A stretch of 21,808 bases of DNA, taken from the IMG/VR virus record IMGVR_UViG_2690316278_000015; one strand, written 5' to 3'. The stretch comes from a virus. Lineage: Duplodnaviria > Heunggongvirae > Uroviricota > Caudoviricetes. Position numbers and translations under genes: made by a program. Below the pieces are notes generated by a model. It had not been told where the DNA came from. It worked only from the letters and a program-made list of their open reading frames with translations, and searched no databases. Position 1 is the stretch's first letter, and the number at the start of each line of letters is the position of its first letter. Positions 13,063-21,808 of this stretch are shown in pieces.

Positions 13063-13620
13063 ATGGCATCCTTTTCAAATCAAATAAAAGTAACGAACTT
13101 TCAAATTAAAAGTACTGAACCGATCTATTCTAATCAAACATGGACAGGTCAACGTATCATGAGAAGTACTGGAATTCAATACTATCAAATTCAGTTCACC
13201 CTTAATTTTAATCCTGCATCACTAAATGAAGTGAATAGCTTTTTAGCTCAATATGCACAGGGCAAACCTTTCACTATGTCATTGGGGCTTGCAGGTACAT
13301 ATTACGGTAAACAGACTGGTGCAGTAACCGCTACTGCTCTCACTAAACCGGGTAATATGGTTGTACCTATCAGTACTAACACATTAGCTGTGGGTGAGTG
13401 GGTACAGTTTTCCAATCACAATAAGCTATATCGAATCGTAGAACGTACCAGTACTTCAATTACTATTTTCCCTGCTCTACAAAATACAGTACAGGCAAGT
13501 GAAGCACTCAAATATAACAATCTCATGATCGAGGCTGTATTAGATCCAGACAATGATTATTCATTGCCTATTGGGAACATCATGAATATTACATTGAAAG
13601 CAACGGAGAATATCATCTAA
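13063..13620 (+). CDS. Minor tail protein, lambda gpM-like (distal tail)
   Basis: 185-aa ORF first after the tape measure gene on +. Segment YQIQFTLNFNPASLNEVNSFLAQYAQGKPFTMSL resembles the gpM core (Y.V.L.....E.....FL.....G...F.W). Stop overlaps next start (TAATG at 13618-13622). Confidence 0.5.
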   Translation: MASFSNQIKVTNFQIKSTEPIYSNQTWTGQRIMRSTGIQYYQIQFTLNFNPASLNEVNSFLAQYAQGKPFTMSLGLAGTYYGKQTGAVTATALTKPGNMVVPISTNTLAVGEWVQFSNHNKLYRIVERTSTSITIFPALQNTVQASEALKYNNLMIEAVLDPDNDYSLPIGNIMNITLKATENII

Positions 13621-14243
13621 TGGACTCAGGTATATATACTAATGCTAATCTTCTTAAGTACTGGAAGTTAGTCAGAGGTACAACCAAGACAAGATTAACA
13701 CTAATGGAAATTATGAGCTTAGGCGTTAATGTTACTTGTTTTGATGTACTACCAAAAGGTACTAATGGTTTTCACTGGACGGATTCACTAATTGATATAG
13801 ATCTGGATGGTTATAAGTACATAAGTTTCCCCGACATTATCAGTGGTTCATTACCTTCATATTCTGAACAAAAGGGCATGTCTAATGATGCTATCAATTT
13901 TAAAATTAGCAATGTAAACGCCTCGGTTCGTGCTCTTGCCCTTGGTGGTTTCTTGAAAGATGCACAGATGAATATCAAGTTAGTAATTCTCAATCCATAT
14001 GATAGTACTGTAATTGATTCAATGCTCATGTTTACGGGGTTTATTGACTATGTACAGGCAGTAACTGATCCAAATCAGAAGCAAAACGAAATGACTATAT
14101 ATGTGAATTCTGTCTATAAGAAATTAGACAGACAACCTGCATTAATTGCCGCCAACTCAGTATATCAATCTTACTATAGAAATGATGAGTACTTTAGTCT
14201 GTTAGGTCAAGTTAATCAAAATCAGAACTGGAAATACAAGTAA
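13620..14243 (+). CDS. Minor tail protein (gpL-position; no Cys cluster seen)
   Basis: 207-aa ORF, translationally coupled on both sides (ATG overlaps upstream stop; its stop overlaps next ATG at 14243). Assignment by gene order only. Confidence 0.4.
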   Translation: MDSGIYTNANLLKYWKLVRGTTKTRLTLMEIMSLGVNVTCFDVLPKGTNGFHWTDSLIDIDLDGYKYISFPDIISGSLPSYSEQKGMSNDAINFKISNVNASVRALALGGFLKDAQMNIKLVILNPYDSTVIDSMLMFTGFIDYVQAVTDPNQKQNEMTIYVNSVYKKLDRQPALIAANSVYQSYYRNDEYFSLLGQVNQNQNWKYK

Positions 14244-14676
14244 TGAAAAATCTACATAATGAAGTAATGAGTATTATTCAGTACTCAATTGATAACCCAT
14301 ATAAGTATGGTGATAACGATTGCAACATTATAGTACTACGCCTTATTGATTTAATTAATGGTACTACACAGTTAACTAATCGCCAGTATTCGAGCATTAA
14401 AGAAGGTATAGCAGGTTTAAACAAGGAAGGATGGAACCATACAGGGGAAATTGTTGAAGCGTACTGTAAGCCAGTACAAGCCACTATAGACGGTGATATC
14501 TGGTTAGATCCTGACAACCCATTAATTATGGCAGTAGTGGCATCTGGTCGGGTACTTGGAGTAAATGCTGNNNNNNNNNNNNNNNNNNNNNNNNNNNNNN
14601 NNNNNNNNNNATGATGGTTTCGAACTTCAACCAAAACCAACAGAGGGAACATATTACAGAGTAAGGAAACAGAGAG

Positions 14677-14684
<8 letters not shown>
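14243..14684 (+). CDS. Tail assembly protein with NlpC/P60-like motif (lambda gpK C-terminal-domain analogue), interrupted by N run
   Basis: N-terminal GDNDCNIIVLRL resembles the NlpC/P60 catalytic-Cys motif of gpK (G.TDC..LFRDA). ORF runs into N run 14571-14610; an open frame resumes (DGFELQPKPTEGTYYRVRKQRDG*) ending at 14684 and overlapping the J-like ATG. No JAB/MPN (H-x-H) motif seen. Frame continuity across the gap cannot be checked. Confidence 0.45.
14571..14610. other. N run (40 nt)
   Basis: Continuous n characters. Confidence 0.99.
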
Positions 14685-18142
<3,458 letters not shown>

Positions 18143-18299
18143 TAAATAATTCAGGGATTATTAACTGTAACCTCATTTCAAAAGGATACATAAATGAAAT
18201 CTAATGAACGTACTTTCAATAGTACCAGTACTAACCCATTCAGTATTAGCGGAAAAGAAACAATTGGAATGAAGAAAAGGATTTACAGGAGTAAGAGCT

Positions 18300-18596
18300 A
18301 TGGCACAGGGATTACAATGTTGGAATGCAGCGGGTGTATTAGTAGTAGATCTGACTGATTATAACATACGTTTTATGGGTACTTATACTGTCAAGGCTAC
18401 TTCTGCACAGACCTATACTGTATCAGTACCAAATATGAAAACTACAGGCTGGTTTGTACACTATGCCCCCGCCAGTGATACCTTTAATGAGTGGTCAGCC
18501 TTTTGTAATAATGGGTCATTTACTGCGGTTTATTTGCCAACATATGCACCGTTAGCTGGTAACTACACTTTTAACGTATATAAGTGGACGGCGTAA
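18300..18596 (+). CDS. Hypothetical protein, paralogue 1 (single copy of a ~100-aa domain shared with the next gene)
   Basis: 98-aa ORF with AGGAG SD. N-terminus MAQGLQCWNAAGVLVVDLTDYN matches the N-termini of both halves of the downstream protein. Aromatic/Cys-rich. Confidence 0.6.
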   Translation: MAQGLQCWNAAGVLVVDLTDYNIRFMGTYTVKATSAQTYTVSVPNMKTTGWFVHYAPASDTFNEWSAFCNNGSFTAVYLPTYAPLAGNYTFNVYKWTA

Positions 18597-18597
18597 G

Positions 18598-19254
18598 ATG
18601 GCAGGTTTCGAGGTATATAATTCAGCGGGTGCACTGACTATAGATAGTACTAACAAGTCGATAATGACGGGTGCAGTAAAGGCCATGGGAAATCTAACTG
18701 ATACGGGATACTACACAGGCTTTACCTGTGCCTTCGGTAATGGTGGATCGCTCGGTTTCGTTATGCCATCAGTAGTAGCTAACAGGAACACAACACAGTA
18801 CTGGTTCCAGATACAGAAAGACGGGGCATGGTGTTTCCCTGGTGCCTATATGTTCCAGCCTGGCATGGGCAGGTTCATGACAAGTAGTCACACGGCTACC
18901 CCCACATCTGGTTTTCTTGATGTGTTCAGTGAAGAAGGTACTTTAATCTGGTCTGCTGCATCAGCGGCAACAATGCCACGTATCAGGGGATTTTTGACAG
19001 CACCTGCGGCTACCGATCTCAGTACTGCCATTACGGTAACGTCTCCAGTAGCTGATCCCTGGTTCTGCTGGTCACAATGTCCGGGGAACATATCAGATGA
19101 TGGTACAGTAATTGGGTACTCTGGTCTGGTTATCAGGCGTAATTCCAGTACTTCATTCAGTCTACAGTACGTTTCAAAGAACCAGAAAACCTACCGCCAG
19201 GCAATGGGGAATAATGGTATCCAGATAGCATTGGCGACATTTACAGGGTATTAA
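18598..19254 (+). CDS. Hypothetical protein, paralogue 2 (internal tandem duplication of the same domain)
   Basis: 218-aa ORF starting 2 nt after the upstream stop. Residues 1-20 (MAGFEVYNSAGALTIDSTNK) and about 106-125 (SGFLDVFSEEGTLIWSAASA) both match G[FL]xV[YFW]xxxGxLxxDxT. Confidence 0.6.
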   Translation: MAGFEVYNSAGALTIDSTNKSIMTGAVKAMGNLTDTGYYTGFTCAFGNGGSLGFVMPSVVANRNTTQYWFQIQKDGAWCFPGAYMFQPGMGRFMTSSHTATPTSGFLDVFSEEGTLIWSAASAATMPRIRGFLTAPAATDLSTAITVTSPVADPWFCWSQCPGNISDDGTVIGYSGLVIRRNSSTSFSLQYVSKNQKTYRQAMGNNGIQIALATFTGY

Positions 19255-19255
19255 T

Positions 19256-19297
19256 ACAATAACAATAACAATAACAATAACAATAACAATAACAACA
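19256..19297 (+). repeat. Hexanucleotide microsatellite (ACAATA)x6 plus one degenerate unit (ACAACA)
   Basis: Six perfect ACAATA units at 19256-19291, then ACAACA, then AAGGGA SD and ATG 19311. Intergenic. Confidence 0.95.
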
Positions 19298-19310
19298 AAG
19301 GGATTTCAGT

Positions 19311-19583
19311 ATGGATATCGGTGCTATTTTAGCTCTTGTTATTTCTGGATGCGTATTCCTTTATACTATCTTTAGAGATAATACAAAGGATACGAATGAT
19401 CTATTAACTCGCGTTGCTACTCTTGAAACTACCATTGCTGTACTGGAAAGTAGTATTTCCCGTATTGAGGATGATCAGGATAAGATGAGAGATACACTAA
19501 GTAAACTGGAAACACAAATCCATGAACTTGATGTTAAGATTGAAAGGATTATTGCAATTCTTCAGCAGAAACAACGACCATAA
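19311..19583 (+). CDS. Small membrane protein with one N-terminal TM helix and a C-terminal coiled coil (holin-like or i-spanin-like; function uncertain)
   Basis: 90-aa ORF; hydrophobic residues 3-20 (IGAILALVISGCVFLYTIF), then charged heptad-like region. Good SD. Convergent with the endolysin gene. Confidence 0.5.
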   Translation: MDIGAILALVISGCVFLYTIFRDNTKDTNDLLTRVATLETTIAVLESSISRIEDDQDKMRDTLSKLETQIHELDVKIERIIAILQQKQRP

Positions 19584-19633
19584 AAAAAGGCATAGTATGT
19601 CATTCGTACTATGCCTTTTCTTTATTTGTTTTT
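19582..19633. terminator. Bidirectional rho-independent terminator between convergent genes
   Basis: A7 tract (19582-19588), stem GGCATAGTA (19589-19597) / TACTATGCC (19607-19615) with 9-nt loop, then T-rich tract TTTTCTTTATTTGTTTTT. Reads as hairpin plus U-tract on either strand. Confidence 0.7.
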
Positions 19634-20071
19634 AAGTACTGCAATCATGGAATTCACACGGTTTGGTGTCTGCCTGTACCATAGAGAACACTTAGCCTGT
19701 TTAATTGCTTCAAGGTAATCATGTGCTTTCAGGGCTGCTAACATCTTACGGAATTTCTTCACCCCGCCAATACCTAACTGGAAGGTCATGATAATAATAA
19801 AATCATTCCAGTCATCGGGAAGATTTAACCCTAATGTCTGTACCTGCATAATTGTTTTGGCTAAATCGCGAGATAGTAACTTGTCTGCTTCGCTTTCAGT
19901 AATGCCAGTACTAAAATCTTCTCCCGCCTGAATTAAGTGACCATATCCAATAGTACTACATCCTAAACTATCAGCATATGGATAGAATTTCCCATTTCTG
20001 AAGTACTTCAAATTTGCCTGATACTCTTTAGTACCTTCATATTCTTTTAATCGTGTTTTTAAATCGCTCAT
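19622..20071 (-). CDS. Endolysin, T4-lysozyme-like (glycoside hydrolase family 24), no signal/SAR segment
   Basis: 149-aa minus-strand ORF. Motifs align with T4 lysozyme: catalytic Glu in LKEYEG, Asp in YADSLG, STIGYGH (T4: YTIGIGH), C-terminal SLWYRQTPNRV (T4: SRWYNQTPNRA). N-terminus is hydrophilic. Confidence 0.9.
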   Translation of the reverse strand: MSDLKTRLKEYEGTKEYQANLKYFRNGKFYPYADSLGCSTIGYGHLIQAGEDFSTGITESEADKLLSRDLAKTIMQVQTLGLNLPDDWNDFIIIMTFQLGIGGVKKFRKMLAALKAHDYLEAIKQAKCSLWYRQTPNRVNSMIAVLKNK

Positions 20072-20081
20072 TTACTAAATA

Positions 20082-20100
20082 CCTATAATGAATTTATAGG
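20082..20100. promoter_or_regulatory. Perfect 7-bp inverted repeat CCTATAA-N5-TTATAGG in the divergent region between endolysin and downstream + operon (candidate operator or mRNA hairpin); contains a TATAAT hexamer
   Basis: Arms 20082-20088 and 20094-20100 are exact reverse complements. TATAAT at 20084-20089. Right arm overlaps the AGGA SD of the gene starting at 20108. Confidence 0.5.
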
Positions 20101-20107
20101 AATATTT

Positions 20108-20542
20108 ATGATGAGTGAATGGAAATACTCGGATGATTGGAGCGAGGAGGAAATGTTATCCGGTGAATATGCTGGTTTCGTTTATATCTTTCAGTTTGAG
20201 GATGGTTCTAATTATGTCGGTGCTAAGCAAATCTATCAGCGGGTTAAGGATGCGAGAAAGCTAAAGCCCACTTCAAAGGAAAATGGCTGGCGTGAGTACC
20301 TCAGTAGTTCCAATGTCGTTAAAAACAAAATTGAAAATGGTGAACAGTACTCAAAAACGATTCTATGGTGCTTCGCAACTATGCGAGAGGTAATGATTGT
20401 AGAGGCAATACTGATCCTTCATCAGATGCTTAAACCGGAATGTTTGAATCTGGCAATGATGAGTAAGATTAGATCACCAAATGCAAAGGATAAAAAAAGA
20501 CTACTCGGAATAGTACAGGAACTATTGGAGTACTTGAATTGA
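20108..20542 (+). CDS. Small GIY-YIG-like nuclease domain protein (putative; possible homing-endonuclease relative lacking a DNA-binding extension)
   Basis: 144-aa ORF. GFVYIFQFEDGSNYVGAK fits G-I-Y-x(9-11)-Y-I-G spacing (cf. I-TevI GIYQIKNTLNNKVYVGSAK); Arg 7 residues after YVG; later Glu (MREVMIVEAIL) and Asn (ECLNLA) in positions expected for the catalytic Glu/Asn. The usual His after the Arg is not evident. Confidence 0.45.
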   Translation: MMSEWKYSDDWSEEEMLSGEYAGFVYIFQFEDGSNYVGAKQIYQRVKDARKLKPTSKENGWREYLSSSNVVKNKIENGEQYSKTILWCFATMREVMIVEAILILHQMLKPECLNLAMMSKIRSPNAKDKKRLLGIVQELLEYLN

Positions 20543-20551
20543 GGTAAATAT

Positions 20552-21210
20552 ATGGCAAGTGGAATAAATGGNNNNNNNNNNNNNNNNNNNNNNNNNNNNN
20601 NNNNNNNNNNNNNNNNNNNNNNATACAAACGCAGGGAGTTAGATTAAATAATCAATTCCAGAATGAAATAATTAAACGTTCCAAGCTACTATCCCAAAGA
20701 ATGCAGGGTGATTTGAATAATAGCGTTGACCGTGGGGCNNNNNNNNNNNNNNNNNNNNNNNNNNNNNNNNNNNNNNNNNNNNNNNNNNNNNNNNNNNNNN
20801 NNNNNNNNNNNNNNNNNNNNNNNNNNNNNNNNNNNNNNNNNNNNNNNNNNNNNNNNNNNNNNNNNNNNNNNNNNNNNNNNNNNNNNNNNNNNNNNNNNNN
20901 NNNNNNNNNNNNNNNNNNNNNNNNNNNNNNNNNNNNNNNNNNNNNNNNNNNNNNNNNNNNNNNNNNNNNNNNNNNNNNNNNNNNNNNNNNNNNNNNNNNN
21001 NNNNNNNNNNNNNNNNNNNNNNNNNNNNNNNNNNNNNNNNNNNNNNNNNNNNNNNNNNNNNNNNNNNNNNNNNNNNNNNNNNNNNNNNNNNNNNNNNNNN
21101 NNNNNNNNNNNNNNNNNNNNNNNNNNNNNNNNNNNNNNNNNNNNNNNNATGATGGTGTAAGGGTAATTATGAGCGGTATTCAGGGAACATTCAGGATAAG
21201 TAGACAATGA
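20552..21210 (+). CDS. Hypothetical protein, interrupted by two N runs (extent and frame continuity unverifiable)
   Basis: ATG 20552 with GAGGT SD (MASGING...) runs into N run 20572-20622; open frame resumes (IQTQGVRLNNQFQNEIIKRSKLLSQRMQGDLNNSVDRG) into N run 20739-21148; an open frame exits that gap and stops at 21210, overlapping the next ATG (ATGA). Could be more than one gene. Confidence 0.3.
20572..20622. other. N run (51 nt)
   Basis: Continuous n characters. Confidence 0.99.
20739..21148. other. Masked/unknown sequence (N run, 410 nt)
   Basis: Continuous n characters. Confidence 0.99.
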
Positions 21211-21518
21211 ATTTTGAGCAACATTATGGTGATTTAATAAGCAAGATTAAGCTAAATGGCATGACACCAGATGGTAATAGTATGCCAATTAACAAATGTT
21301 TTCTTGATAAGAAATTTCAAAAGGTCGTTAAGAAAAGTAATTATCAGATTGATAGCTATATGAACGTTATTTATGAGAAGAAGAAAGATTTCAAAGTTGG
21401 TGAAGTACTTGAATGGGAATTACAGGGTGAAAAGATGCCTGTATTTCTAATTGAGAGTAAAAAGCTCTTTGTGAAGGGTAAACATTTTTGGGTATATGCC
21501 GTGGGGATTATTGAATGA
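21207..21518 (+). CDS. Hypothetical protein (Lys-rich, 103 aa)
   Basis: ORF translationally coupled on both sides (ATGA overlaps at 21207 and 21515). A+T-rich. No motif recognised. Confidence 0.5.
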   Translation: MNFEQHYGDLISKIKLNGMTPDGNSMPINKCFLDKKFQKVVKKSNYQIDSYMNVIYEKKKDFKVGEVLEWELQGEKMPVFLIESKKLFVKGKHFWVYAVGIIE

Positions 21519-21808
21519 TTAGTATATTGATTGAGTTTCTGAAGTCAGGATTGGATTTTTTCATTAAGAAGAAAACTATTGAACAGGAAGTAAAGAAAAC
21601 GAATGTAGAAGGGCAGATTGAAACGAATAAAGAAGAGATTGAAAAGGTAACATTCCACTGGCGTAATGCCCTCGGTTTTGTACTAACCCTTATCATTCTC
21701 TATAACTGGATCATAGTACCAGTACTTGATGCTTTTGGAATTATTGTGATCCAAGTTCCATTAGGACAACTTTTGCAAGTGCTATTGATTATGGTTGGTG
21801 GAAGCTGA
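21515..21808 (+). CDS. Putative holin-like membrane protein, 3'-partial (runs off the window end)
   Basis: Open frame of 97+ aa: charged, coiled-coil-prone N-terminal 40 aa, then at least two hydrophobic segments (ALGFVLTLIILYNWIIVPVL; GIIVIQVPLGQLLQVLLIMVGG). No stop before window end. Confidence 0.5.
   Translation: MISILIEFLKSGLDFFIKKKTIEQEVKKTNVEGQIETNKEEIEKVTFHWRNALGFVLTLIILYNWIIVPVLDAFGIIVIQVPLGQLLQVLLIMVGGS

Noticed and set aside
13063-13200. Candidate promoter for the minus-strand moron (TTGACC-like hexamer, complement of about 13150-13155) inside the 5' end of the gpM-like gene
   Set aside because: No convincing -10 hexamer at 16-18 bp spacing could be identified by eye; a promoter is expected there but I cannot support specific coordinates.

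Overview
The window is a tailed-phage (siphovirus-like, lambda/HK97-mosaic) late-gene region, almost all on the + strand, about 40% GC by eye, interrupted by eight N runs (about 1.7 kb masked). Order: 5'-truncated GpA-type large terminase; small unknown gene; lambda-type portal; a single ORF fusing HK97-type prohead protease, acidic scaffold-like linker and HK97-fold major capsid protein; head-tail connector genes (largely masked); a fibre gene with five 75-nt Stf-type tandem repeats and a C-terminal S74-like intramolecular chaperone, placed upstream of the tail tube gene; major tail protein; G/GT tail chaperone pair with an A_AAA_AAG -1 frameshift site; tape measure protein; M-, L-, K(NlpC/P60)- and J-like distal tail genes; two paralogous unknown genes; a small TM/coiled-coil protein; a minus-strand T4-lysozyme-like endolysin; a GIY-YIG-like small protein; and a 3'-truncated holin-like membrane protein. 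The strongest candidates for something undescribed are (i) an A+T-rich, opposite-strand gene for a membrane-anchored protein inserted exactly between the tape measure and gpM-like genes (candidate superinfection-exclusion/injection-blocking moron) and (ii) the paralogous pair with a triplicated ~100-aa domain just downstream of the J-like gene. All homology calls are from motif recognition by eye; no database search was run.
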